Positions 47,320 through 56,588 of a DNA stretch of 64,000 nucleotides are shown piece by piece (the first letter of the stretch is position 1; every line of letters begins with the position of its first letter). The notes under the pieces are model-generated. The model was not told the DNA's origin and did not search any database. It saw nothing but the letters and a program-made list of their open reading frames with translations. Source of the stretch: an uncultured Bacteroidaceae bacterium (GTDB taxonomy: Bacteria; CAIWAD01); the NCBI GenBank assembly GCA_964345075.1, contig CAYFPS010000001.1:133726-197725 (forward strand), given 5' to 3'. The position numbers were made by a program, and so were the translations under genes.

Positions 47320-48294
47320 ATGTTCGACAAGCAGCTGACGGTCAGGCAGATGGTTGAAGAGGAAGGCGAAGAGCTCCGCCTGCGCGTCCTCAACGATCAG
47401 GAACATCTGGCCAGAGGGGTGCCACAGAAAAACCTCCACCGCCCGGGGCTGGCGCTGGCCGGCTTTCTGGAGCTCTTCACCCACGACCGGATTCAGGTGC
47501 TGGGCAACACGGAAATCACCTACCTGCAGTCGATCAGCGAAGAAAAGCGGCGCAGCTCACTTGAGGCCTTGTTCAAACTCGAGATTCCCTGTCTGGTGAT
47601 CACCAACGAAAACGAGGCCCCCGTGCCCCTTCTGGAGATTGCCTCGAAGGCGGGCGTGCCCGTTCTGGAGTCGGAGCTGGACACCACGGCCTTGTATCAC
47701 CTGCTTTCCGACTATCTGGACGATTTCTTTGCCCCCACCGAATCGCTTCACGGCTCACTGGTGGACGTGCACGGAACCGGTCTGCTGCTTACGGGAAAGA
47801 GCGGCATTGGCAAGAGCGAAGTGGCGCTGGATCTGGTCGAGCGTGGACACCGGCTGGTTGCCGACGACGTGGTGAATGTGACACGCAAGGCCGACCGCAT
47901 GCTGATGGGGCAGGGCAACGACATGCTCCAGCACCTGATGGAGATTCGTGGTCTGGGTATTATTGACGTGCGTCAGATCTACGGTATTAGCGCTGTGCGC
48001 ATGCAGAAGCGCGTGGAAATGGTAGTGGAAATGTGCCTGTGGGAAGAGCGTGGATCCATCGACCGAACCGGCCTGGAAAAGGAGAGCACGGAAATTCTGG
48101 GCATTCAAATCCCGCTGGTTCGCTTGCCGATTTTCCCGGGTAAGAACATCACCGTGATCTGTGAGACACTGGCCCTTAATCATCACCTGAAAGTATACGG
48201 CTACGACAGCGCGGAAGAACTCAACCGCCGGCTGCTGCGCACCATGGAAGATCGAAAGCGGCTGAAGGCTTATCTGAGGCGGGATCCGGAGTAA
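47320..48294 (+). CDS. hprK: HPr kinase/phosphorylase
   Basis: Walker A GKSGIGKSEVALDLVERGHRLVADD and a C-terminal capping helix. Confidence 0.9.
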   Translation: MFDKQLTVRQMVEEEGEELRLRVLNDQEHLARGVPQKNLHRPGLALAGFLELFTHDRIQVLGNTEITYLQSISEEKRRSSLEALFKLEIPCLVITNENEAPVPLLEIASKAGVPVLESELDTTALYHLLSDYLDDFFAPTESLHGSLVDVHGTGLLLTGKSGIGKSEVALDLVERGHRLVADDVVNVTRKADRMLMGQGNDMLQHLMEIRGLGIIDVRQIYGISAVRMQKRVEMVVEMCLWEERGSIDRTGLEKESTEILGIQIPLVRLPIFPGKNITVICETLALNHHLKVYGYDSAEELNRRLLRTMEDRKRLKAYLRRDPE

Positions 48295-48686
48295 TGACCA
48301 GTGCGCTGATTGTAACACACGGAAAGCTCGGCTGCTGCCTCAAGTGCGCGGGTGAGAAGATTGTCGGCGCGGCCGAAGGGCTTGCCTGCCTGAGCAATGA
48401 CGGGCTGAGTCTTGCACAATTGACCGAGGCTGTTTCCAGTCATGTTTCCAGCTGTGATACAGCCCTGTTCATCTTCAGTGACTTCAAGGGTGGTTCGTGT
48501 TGCAACGCCGTCAAGCGTGCGATTCTGGCAAATCCACAGAAAAAGGTGACCCACATTAGTGGAATCAATCTTCCCATGCTGCTTGCCTTTCTCAACAAGC
48601 GGATTACCTTGTCCGGCCGGGAACTGCTCGAGGCTGTCCACGAGCGCGCCCTGGCAGGTATCAACGTAGACGAGGTTGCCGAATGA
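48294..48686 (+). CDS. PTS EIIA component, mannose/fructose class
   Basis: IVTHG (phospho-His loop) and SDFKGGS motif. 130 aa. Confidence 0.75.
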   Translation: MTSALIVTHGKLGCCLKCAGEKIVGAAEGLACLSNDGLSLAQLTEAVSSHVSSCDTALFIFSDFKGGSCCNAVKRAILANPQKKVTHISGINLPMLLAFLNKRITLSGRELLEAVHERALAGINVDEVAE

Positions 48687-49162
48687 AACAGGGCTGGATG
48701 CTGCGTGTGGATGATCGCCTGATCCATGGTCAGGTCTGTGTGGGCTGGTGCGGGGCCATGGATATCAACCAGCTGGTGCTGGCCGATGACGAGATTGCAG
48801 ACAGCGAATTCGAGCAGGACTTGTACCTCTCCTGCCTGGGTGAGGACCAGGAGCTGCGCTTCTGGTCGCTGGAAAGATTGGCCGAAGAGCTGGAAGACGA
48901 TGCCAGCGAGCGCACCATGGTGGTTGTTCCAGCCCTGGACGCGCTCTCCCGGCTGAAGAAGATGAAAGCAAGCCTGCCGGCAACCATTGTTCTGGGTGGT
49001 CTGCACGACCGTCCCGGCGCCCGTGAAATAGCCGATTACCTCTTTCTGACCCCGGCACAGGAGAAGCTTCTGGCCGAGCTGATTGACGGGGGCCTGAACA
49101 TTATCGGTCAGCCCCTGCCCTCAAGTCCCAGGCTCGAGCTGCGCAAACTGCTGGCTGTGTAG
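48683..49162 (+). CDS. PTS EIIB component, mannose/sorbose class
   Basis: RVDDRLIHGQV is the PTS_IIB (Man) phospho-His motif. Confidence 0.75.
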   Translation: MKQGWMLRVDDRLIHGQVCVGWCGAMDINQLVLADDEIADSEFEQDLYLSCLGEDQELRFWSLERLAEELEDDASERTMVVVPALDALSRLKKMKASLPATIVLGGLHDRPGAREIADYLFLTPAQEKLLAELIDGGLNIIGQPLPSSPRLELRKLLAV

Positions 49163-49169
49163 AACCGAC

Positions 49170-49631
49170 CTAGTTTTTGACCGGCTTCAGCACGAATTTC
49201 AGGTAGCTGTCCTTACCGAAGCGCACTACGCCGTCTCTTGCTGCAAAGGGCCATTTGCCGATTTTGGGTGTGGGCGGAATGGTGTAGCGGGAGGTCTCGG
49301 CCACCAGCGCCTGTTCTTCAATCACCAGTTGATAGTTTTGCTGCGGGTTGAATTCCACCAGCCAGCGCAGCGGCTTTTTCAAGCGGCGCTGCCCGCGAAT
49401 ACCAGGCAGGATTCCACTCGTTGAAGGCCTGAGTTCCCGGCCATCAGAGAGCAGACGAATCTCGATATCGAGCGGCTCATCACCCAGAAGCGTCGTATGA
49501 AAATCAGCCGGTGATACCTGAACTTCCACCAGCTGAATCATCCAGTCACCCTTCTTTTCCGGCTGTATCACATGCGAGGCGCAAGCTGCCAGGAGCAGAA
49601 GGCCAAGAACCAGAACCTGTAGCTTTTTCAC
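49170..49631 (-). CDS. Hypothetical lipoprotein
   Basis: MKKLQVLVLGLLLLAAC lipobox signal. 153 aa. Confidence 0.55.
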   Translation of the reverse strand: MKKLQVLVLGLLLLAACASHVIQPEKKGDWMIQLVEVQVSPADFHTTLLGDEPLDIEIRLLSDGRELRPSTSGILPGIRGQRRLKKPLRWLVEFNPQQNYQLVIEEQALVAETSRYTIPPTPKIGKWPFAARDGVVRFGKDSYLKFVLKPVKN

Positions 49632-49640
49632 ACGAGCCTC

Positions 49641-50153
49641 CTACTTCCAGATCGTCTTGTGTTCAACTTCCAGCACCAGCGCTTCAAAAAGGCGCAGCAC
49701 ATCCTGATTGGTCTTGTCCAGGTGCCCGGCCAGAATGCGGGCAATCTCTTTTAGCAGGGCCCAGCCGATATCCGGTCGACGGTCGCCCAGCTGCTGAAAG
49801 GCTTCCCGGTGAAACACCGCGCAGCGACTCGGCCTTCGTGATACAACTGTCGCCAGACGCTTGCCGGGGCCAACAAGGGCAACCTCACCAAAGACAGCGT
49901 TCAGCTCACCGGTCAATACCGCCCGGGTAAAGGGCTCCTGATCCATCGTGTAATCGAAGATCTCCACTTCGCCTTCCAGCAAAAGATAGGCGCAGTCCCC
50001 GGTGTCGTTCTTGTGCAGAATCTCCTCGCCGGCGGCAAAGCTCTTTTCCTCCAGCACTCCGGCGATCATGGCCAGAACGTCTTCATCCTGTGATACAGCC
50101 GAAAAGAGCTGAAAGGCTGCCAGGCGCTGAATGAGTTCGGGATGGGCTTTCAT
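49641..50153 (-). CDS. Stand-alone cyclic-nucleotide-binding domain protein
   Basis: cNMP-binding-domain pattern (GE.LF, FGEVAL) with no DNA-binding HTH. 170 aa. Start overlaps the upstream channel gene. Confidence 0.7.
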   Translation of the reverse strand: MKAHPELIQRLAAFQLFSAVSQDEDVLAMIAGVLEEKSFAAGEEILHKNDTGDCAYLLLEGEVEIFDYTMDQEPFTRAVLTGELNAVFGEVALVGPGKRLATVVSRRPSRCAVFHREAFQQLGDRRPDIGWALLKEIARILAGHLDKTNQDVLRLFEALVLEVEHKTIWK

Positions 50154-51316
50154 CCTTTGCCTCCAGCGTGTCTGTAAACCACAACCGCCATGCTGCGGGC
50201 CGTCAGCACATGATCAGGATCGGGGCATAGCACGGGATTGTGCGGCCGAACCTGCTTGACCTCTCTCAGTCGTGATACAAGGTGACTGACATCCGGTGTT
50301 TTCTGGGCTTCGCGCAGCGCCTCGCGCTTGATCTGGGTGGGGTTGCCCACGTTTTCCACAAGCCCCACCAGCAAAGCCCCGGCGCGACCGGCATAGTGGC
50401 TCTGAAGATCACGGAAGCGCTGACCGTGCAGCTCCTGCGGAAGATCTTCAAATCCAATAAAGGCGCCGGTATCCATGCGCAGCAGGTCGTAGAAAACATT
50501 ACCCATGCCGGGTGAAGCCAGGATCTGTGCCGCCATGGCCCGCCGAAACGCCCCCGGGTCGATCAGCTCGTCCGCGCCTGCATCCTTGACATAGCGGACG
50601 AAGCGCTGTTCATGAACCTCGGCACAGACATGGGCTTCCTTGTTCAGCTGCCGGACGGCCATCACGGCCAGCAAGGTCTTGGAGTCGGGTGATTTTTCCC
50701 GCTGATCGGCCAGAACCAGAACAGAGGCCGCGCCCTCGGCGCTTGCCCGCTGCAGGTCTTCCGGGCTGGTAAAGTCTCCGCTGACAAGAACCAGCCCGCC
50801 AAGCTGTTCGCGGCTGCGCAGGGCATTCACGCGGTCGGCATCCTGATCCGTGACCAGCACAAGGTCCGCCGAGGTCACCCTGCTGTTCTGTGTGACAAGG
50901 GTCTGCAGAATATTACCCAGGTCGTCGCTCCAGCCGCAGACCAGCGTGTGTCCTTGTCGAGCTTTCATGCGCCCCAGTCCTCTCATCTGTTCCAGTCGAA
51001 GCTGTAGAAAGTGGCCGCCCGCTTTTGCCACCAGCGTCGTCACCACCGAGACACCCGCCAGCACCACAAGAATGACCACGAGCTTGCCACCCTGCGTGTG
51101 TGGCGAAACATCACCGTATCCAACGGTCGTGCAGGTGATTACCCACCAGTAGAGCACATCGATGGGCGTTTCAAGCAGGCCGGCCTGCGCGGGGTGATCC
51201 TTTTCCAGAAGCCAGAAGAGCCACGCGCTCCCCGCAAAAAACGCAACAAGCGCAAGAAGGGCGAAACGCAGATTTCGCCCAAGTCCCGTCAGCCCCTGCC
51301 CGATTGTGCTTCTCAT
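50150..51316 (-). CDS. Potassium channel (two-TM pore, TVGYGD selectivity filter) with cytoplasmic RCK/TrkA-N domain
   Basis: ITCTTVGYGDVSP selectivity filter. RCK-like HTLVCGWSDDLGNIL Rossmann motif. Confidence 0.85.
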   Translation of the reverse strand: MRSTIGQGLTGLGRNLRFALLALVAFFAGSAWLFWLLEKDHPAQAGLLETPIDVLYWWVITCTTVGYGDVSPHTQGGKLVVILVVLAGVSVVTTLVAKAGGHFLQLRLEQMRGLGRMKARQGHTLVCGWSDDLGNILQTLVTQNSRVTSADLVLVTDQDADRVNALRSREQLGGLVLVSGDFTSPEDLQRASAEGAASVLVLADQREKSPDSKTLLAVMAVRQLNKEAHVCAEVHEQRFVRYVKDAGADELIDPGAFRRAMAAQILASPGMGNVFYDLLRMDTGAFIGFEDLPQELHGQRFRDLQSHYAGRAGALLVGLVENVGNPTQIKREALREAQKTPDVSHLVSRLREVKQVRPHNPVLCPDPDHVLTARSMAVVVYRHAGGKG

Positions 51317-51669
51317 TCGCCCAGCAGCTCCAGCACCTTTTCCGGGGGGCGGCCCAGCACGGCCCGGTCTCCCAAAACGACAATCGGCCGCTCGATCAGC
51401 ACAGGATTTTCGGCCATGATCTTCAGCCAGTCATCGCTCTTGCGATCGTCCTTCAGCGACAGGCCCAGCTCGCTCATTCTGGCCTCCTTGTGGCGCAGAA
51501 AGGCCCTTGCCTCAAGGCCCAGTTTTGACGCAAGCTTTTTCAACTCAGCGAAGCTCGGCCGGTCCTGCAGGTAGTGGACAACCTGTGGCTCATGGCCCCT
51601 GGAGCGGATGATTTCCAGTGTCTGACGACTCTTGCTGCAGCGGGGATTGTGATAGATGATCAGGGACAT
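51313..51669 (-). CDS. arsC: Arsenate reductase / ArsC-family (Spx/YffB-like) thiol oxidoreductase
   Basis: IYHNPRCSKSRQTLEII catalytic Cys motif. 118 aa. Confidence 0.8.
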   Translation of the reverse strand: MSLIIYHNPRCSKSRQTLEIIRSRGHEPQVVHYLQDRPSFAELKKLASKLGLEARAFLRHKEARMSELGLSLKDDRKSDDWLKIMAENPVLIERPIVVLGDRAVLGRPPEKVLELLGE

Positions 51670-51725
51670 GCGGGCTCCTTGCCAGAATCAAACTGACCCA
51701 AAGGTAGCTCTCGCATGGCGGCCCA

Positions 51726-51759
51726 TAAACAAACCCGGCGCCTTTTCAGGGGCCGGGTT
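51726..51759 (-). terminator. Possible second Rho-independent terminator
   Basis: AACCCGGC..GCCGGGTT 8-bp stem followed by a T-rich tract on the minus strand. Confidence 0.4.
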
Positions 51760-51838
51760 GAAGTACAGGGATGAGTAAGGGGGAGGCTGGACCATCTTGT
51801 TGCCACGATCCCGAAAGCGGTGGACGGCAGCTGATGCC

Positions 51839-51866
51839 CAAAAGGCAGGGCCCCCGAAGGGGCCCT
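51839..51866 (-). terminator. Rho-independent terminator after the T9SS protein gene
   Basis: AGGGCCCC ttcg GGGGCCCT hairpin followed by GCCTTTT on the minus strand. Confidence 0.6.
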
Positions 51867-51879
51867 CTCAATCCGTGAT

Positions 51880-52938
51880 TTACTTGACGAGGACCATCTT
51901 GCGGGTCTCGCCCATTCCAGCGGTTTCCAGGGTGTAGAAGTACACGCCGGAAGCCATGTTGCTGGCGTCGAAGACCACGCTGTGCTGGCCTTCCTCAACC
52001 AGACCGTCCACCAGGGTGGCCACATTGCGACCGGACAGGTCAAAGACGCGCAGGGCGGCTTCTCCGGTGGCGGGCACCATGTAGTTGATGGTGGTGGTGG
52101 GGTTGAAGGGATTCGGCACGTTCTGGGCCAGCTCGAAATTACCGGGCAGGACATTCGAGTCTACCGTCTGATCATGTTCGTCGGTGATCGTGAGGCAGAT
52201 GTCGTCGATGTACTGGTAGCCGCCATACATGGCGAAGCCACCAAAGCCGAGGTAACCGGTGGAGGGGCCGTTCACGGGCGTCCAACCGACAACTTCAACT
52301 TCAGCCAGGAACTCGAAGAGGTCAACCTTGACCATGTTGTACAGGTCGTCATAGCGCACGCGCAGCAGGTGGAAATTGCTGTCGAAGACAGGAATCACAT
52401 AGTTGCCCACGTGGCCGTTGAGGTCGTAGATGTCAAGGAAGGTGCTGGCAGTGTTCGTGCCACCCACGCGGGTGATGACGAAGGACAGGCCGCTGACGCT
52501 GGTGGCGCTCATCGGCTCGGCAGTCAGCTGCGTGTCGCTGATGTAGTAGCCGAGCGCGTCGGCATCACCCTGGGCAGCGAAGTAGAAGGTCATGTCCAGC
52601 ACGCGGTCTGTCCAGTCCTTCATGTCCGGATTCTGCAGGTAGGTGGCCGGAGCAAAGGCACCGCTGTTCATGCCGGAGGTCATGCGCATGACATCGAAGC
52701 TCTCGATGAGCGTCGGGTCCTGCGTGGTGAAACCGGGGAACAGTTCGTAGGTGCTGCCGGGCATGCAGAAACATTCGTTCCAGGCATTGTCGGCATCCAG
52801 AGTCGTGCTGATGTAGGCACCCGGGTGGAAGGGGAAACCGACATCGTGACCGAAGTCGGGATCCGTCACCGGATTGTCAGCGAACGCCACAACGGCCATC
52901 GTGACCGACACCGTAAGCAGCGTAGCAAAGCGCTTCAT
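51880..52938 (-). CDS. Secreted protein of unknown function with T9SS C-terminal sorting domain
   Basis: Signal peptide MKRFATLLTVSVTMAVVAFA. C-terminus NVPNPFNPTTTINYMVP...LRVFDLSGRNVATL...GVYFYTLETAGMGETRKMVLVK. Confidence 0.7.
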   Translation of the reverse strand: MKRFATLLTVSVTMAVVAFADNPVTDPDFGHDVGFPFHPGAYISTTLDADNAWNECFCMPGSTYELFPGFTTQDPTLIESFDVMRMTSGMNSGAFAPATYLQNPDMKDWTDRVLDMTFYFAAQGDADALGYYISDTQLTAEPMSATSVSGLSFVITRVGGTNTASTFLDIYDLNGHVGNYVIPVFDSNFHLLRVRYDDLYNMVKVDLFEFLAEVEVVGWTPVNGPSTGYLGFGGFAMYGGYQYIDDICLTITDEHDQTVDSNVLPGNFELAQNVPNPFNPTTTINYMVPATGEAALRVFDLSGRNVATLVDGLVEEGQHSVVFDASNMASGVYFYTLETAGMGETRKMVLVK

Positions 52939-53142
52939 GGGAAACCCCCTTAACATTGTTCGCAACGGATCCATGCGCACGAACCCCACCGTTTAAAGGG
53001 TACGCGAGCGACCTCGTCGCCAGACACCATTTGTTTTCGACTGTTTGTTAAGAGAGGTGGGCTTGATTGCTAATTCGAGTGCAAAGAAAAGCTTCTTGAA
53101 GCTGATTGTCAACTCAAAAAGAGACTTTCTCAAAGCTGTGCA

Positions 53143-54093
53143 TCAATCGTCCCAGTCATCGGGAAGAGGCCTGGCCGCCTCTTCGGCCTGCCACCGGGAT
53201 CTTATCTTCCTGTTTCGCAAGGACTTAACCAGAAAAGCAAGCAGGGCAAGCAGCAGAATCAGGATCCAGATCCAGCTTCCAATGTCCGTCAAAAAAAGTA
53301 AACCACCTTTGTCCGAAAGCCAGTCTCGCCACTCTTCTTCAAAGCGAAACCAACCTCCGCCGGTGGCTTCATCAAAGGCCTGATGAAAGGGCGTTCCCCT
53401 GCCGACCTTCCCCAGCAGCTGCACAAGAGACACACGCCCGTAACGCTCAAGAAAAAAGCGAACGGCGGATTCGGACTCCATATAGGCCAGGCCCACCTGC
53501 TCGCCGGCATAGCCGTTAAGGGATTCAATCTCATCCAGATCCAGCAGCGAGCCTGTTGCCATCGCGCGGGAAAGACCCATGCGGGCGCCGTCGGGCGCAA
53601 AGGCCAGCGGCAGGCCGCTGAGCACGACCGCAACCCCCTCCTCCATCCAGGTGGGAATCCAGTTGCCCCGGTGAAGCAGCCCCATGCCCAGATGGGCCAG
53701 CTCGTGGCGCATTGTGGCGGAAAGATCGTCTCCAACATCGCCCCAGCGTGGACTGCGAAAGACGATCAGCCGGCGAGAGGCCAGGGTGACGGCCCCGGCC
53801 CAGTGTGGCGTGCTGCCACCACTGATTCGGTAGAAGTGATCCTTGTCAAAGGCAATCACGATACTTGCCCTGGGCAGTTCACGAATGTCCAGCTCGTCGG
53901 CCAGGCGCCTGCTACTCACACCAACCGCTTCTGCCAGACGACGTGCCATGCCCTCGTCCACACGGTGATACAGGATGCGCATGCGGCCGCTCTTGATCTC
54001 GTGATACTGAGCAGCGACATCAGGCGGAAGAGGTTCCAGCAGGCTTTCTGCGCGCAGGCAGATAGCCAGAAGTAACATCAGCAGTAGTTTCAC
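53143..54093 (-). CDS. Membrane-anchored zinc metallopeptidase (HExxH; peptidase MA-like/DUF)
   Basis: Signal peptide. MRHELAHLG contains HExxH. C-terminal transmembrane helix (IWILILLLALLAFLV). Confidence 0.55.
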   Translation of the reverse strand: MKLLLMLLLAICLRAESLLEPLPPDVAAQYHEIKSGRMRILYHRVDEGMARRLAEAVGVSSRRLADELDIRELPRASIVIAFDKDHFYRISGGSTPHWAGAVTLASRRLIVFRSPRWGDVGDDLSATMRHELAHLGMGLLHRGNWIPTWMEEGVAVVLSGLPLAFAPDGARMGLSRAMATGSLLDLDEIESLNGYAGEQVGLAYMESESAVRFFLERYGRVSLVQLLGKVGRGTPFHQAFDEATGGGWFRFEEEWRDWLSDKGGLLFLTDIGSWIWILILLLALLAFLVKSLRNRKIRSRWQAEEAARPLPDDWDD

Positions 54094-56588
54094 AGAAGTG
54101 CCTGCGGATCCATGTCAAGCACCAGGCTTAAGCCGGCACGCTTGAGCTTTTTCTCGAAGTGCTCGCGCAATTCCCGGGCAAGGCCGCGAATCGCCTTGCC
54201 CGACGGGTCACGGTCTCGAAGCACGCGAAGTAAAAAGTGATAACGAAACTCGCGCCGGACCATGCGCACAGGCGCTGGTCCCGGCTGCAAGGCTGCAACC
54301 AGAGCGTGTCCGCTGGCCTTGCCGTAGAGCTGACGAATGGCGTGCTCCGCGTGGTCTTCTTTTTCGCTCTTGCAAAGAATGCGGCAAAGTCTGGCGGCCG
54401 GCGGGTAGCCGGCAATCAACCTGTTCTCCAATTCCATGGCGGCAAAGCCCAGATAATCATGGCCTGCCGCATGCTGAAAGACTTCATGGTCGGGCTGCGA
54501 AGATTGAACAAGCACACGGCCGGGTTTTTCACCGCGCCCGCTGCGCCCGGCCAGCTGACTGATCAACTGAAAGGTCCACTCTCTGGCGCGAAAATCCTGC
54601 AGGTTGATCTCCGTGTCCGCCTGTATCACGGCGGCCAGGGTGACGCCCGGGAAGTCCAGACCCTTGGCGACGCCCTGAGTGCCAAGCAGGAGGTCGTATT
54701 GCCCGCTGTTGAAATCCCTCACCATGCGAACATAGGCTCCGCGCCGGGAGGTTGTATCACGGTCCATGCGCAGTATTCGCACGCCGGGAAAGGCTTCGGC
54801 CAGTTGCTCCTCGACCTTTTGCGTGCCAGCGCCCTGACGGTTATGCCTGGTGGACCCGCAGGCCACACAGGGCTTTTCAGCAGAAAGCTCTGCCCCGCAG
54901 AGATGACAATGACAGCGGTCTGTCACACGGTGCCATACTAGACTGACATCGCAGCGCGGACAACTTTTTACTTCACCGCAATCCATGCACTGAATCCACG
55001 GGCTGTGTCCACGCCGGTTCTGCAAAATGATCGCCTGCTCGCCAGCATCAATCGTTTCGCGCAGTGCCTTCAACAGGCCGTCCCCCAACAGGTGAACGGT
55101 CTCGCCCCGGCCGGCCATGCGCTCGTGCTCTTCACGCATGTTGATCAACTCAACTCTTGGGAGCGGGCGATCTGAAACTCTGCAGGGCAATTCGAGCAGC
55201 GAGTAGCGGCCAGCCTGCACATTGGCCCAGGACTCGAGCGATGGCGTTGCGCTGCCCATCAAGACTGGAACACCCAGCTGGTGAGCGCGCATCACGGCGG
55301 CATCGCGCGCATGATAGCGTGGAACCGGCTCCATTTGCTTGTAGGAGCTCTCGTGCTCTTCATCAATAATGATCAGGCCCAGGCCTTCAAGTGGGGCAAA
55401 CAGGCTCGAACGCGCGCCAACCACAACCCTTAGCTCGCCCCGGCGCACACCCTGCCAGATGTCAAAGCGCTGCTGGCTTGTCAGTCGGCTGTGTATCACG
55501 GCAACACGCCTTCCCAGAAAACCCTGGAAGCGGGCGACAATTTGCGGCGTCAGGGCAATTTCCGGAACAAGCACAAGCACGCTGCGACCACGATCCAGCG
55601 CTCGCCGGGCAAGTTCCAGATAGACCTGCGTTTTACCGCTTCCGGTAACACCGCGGAGCAGAAAAGCCTTGTAACTTCCTCCGCGACCCTTGCTGTCGGG
55701 GATGTGTTGTGATACATGATCAAAGACGAATTGCTGCGCCGGGTTGAGCTCGATCTCTCGTACACTGGCATCTCGATCATACTCTTCTTCAGGAAGAGCC
55801 AGTTCACTGGACTCTTCCAGTAGCCCCTTCTCCAGCAGCCCCTTGATTACCGCGGCACTGTATCCTTCTGCCAGCAGCTCTTGCCGGTCTACCGGTGCGC
55901 CCTCCCCCGCCAGATACTCGAGCAGGGCCAGTTGTCTGGGCGCGCGCCGGCCAAGGGAGCTCAGCCCCTTGCGGTGCTCGGGCGTACCGGGCGCGTGGGC
56001 CAGTGCAATCCGGCGAACACGGCTTTCCCTTCGTGTGGCACTCTCGAGATTGTCCACTCGCGAGAGAAAGCCCGCGTTTGTCAGCTCGGCCAGATCGTGA
56101 TGACAGGCCGCGTTCAGTTCCTGCAGAATCCAGGATCGTGATACAACACCCCGATCCATGACCAGGCGCATGATCGCTTCACGCCGGGGCGAAAGCCGTA
56201 GCGGCTTGCGCAGGACCGTGTCCGGCTGGACTTCGTAGTGGCAGTTGACGGTGCCGTTGATCCCCGGTGGCAGCGCGGCCTTTAACACTTCACCCAGCGA
56301 ACACAGGTAGAGTTCTGCCAGTTGGCGACAAAAGCGAATCTGGTTCTGGGATATCAGCGGCTCTTCATCCAGAACATCAAGCAGGGGCTTGAGCTTGTGT
56401 CCTGTCGCGGCCTGTTCCTGAGGCTCCAGCGCAATCAGGTAACCCACCATCTGCCTGCGCCCAAAAGGCACAAACACGCGCGTACCGGGAAGGGCGGCAG
56501 CCTGTAGTGTTTCGGGCACGCTGTAGCTGTAGAGCTTGTCCAGTGGCAAGGGCAGTGCGACACGCGCAACAAGCGGGCACAGATCCAT
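54090..56588 (-). CDS. priA: Primosomal protein N' (replication restart helicase PriA)
   Basis: Walker A GVTGSGKTQVY, DEEH box, Cys4 zinc finger (CMDCG...CPRC..., C.C.LCG). 832 aa. Confidence 0.9.
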   Translation of the reverse strand: MDLCPLVARVALPLPLDKLYSYSVPETLQAAALPGTRVFVPFGRRQMVGYLIALEPQEQAATGHKLKPLLDVLDEEPLISQNQIRFCRQLAELYLCSLGEVLKAALPPGINGTVNCHYEVQPDTVLRKPLRLSPRREAIMRLVMDRGVVSRSWILQELNAACHHDLAELTNAGFLSRVDNLESATRRESRVRRIALAHAPGTPEHRKGLSSLGRRAPRQLALLEYLAGEGAPVDRQELLAEGYSAAVIKGLLEKGLLEESSELALPEEEYDRDASVREIELNPAQQFVFDHVSQHIPDSKGRGGSYKAFLLRGVTGSGKTQVYLELARRALDRGRSVLVLVPEIALTPQIVARFQGFLGRRVAVIHSRLTSQQRFDIWQGVRRGELRVVVGARSSLFAPLEGLGLIIIDEEHESSYKQMEPVPRYHARDAAVMRAHQLGVPVLMGSATPSLESWANVQAGRYSLLELPCRVSDRPLPRVELINMREEHERMAGRGETVHLLGDGLLKALRETIDAGEQAIILQNRRGHSPWIQCMDCGEVKSCPRCDVSLVWHRVTDRCHCHLCGAELSAEKPCVACGSTRHNRQGAGTQKVEEQLAEAFPGVRILRMDRDTTSRRGAYVRMVRDFNSGQYDLLLGTQGVAKGLDFPGVTLAAVIQADTEINLQDFRAREWTFQLISQLAGRSGRGEKPGRVLVQSSQPDHEVFQHAAGHDYLGFAAMELENRLIAGYPPAARLCRILCKSEKEDHAEHAIRQLYGKASGHALVAALQPGPAPVRMVRREFRYHFLLRVLRDRDPSGKAIRGLARELREHFEKKLKRAGLSLVLDMDPQALL

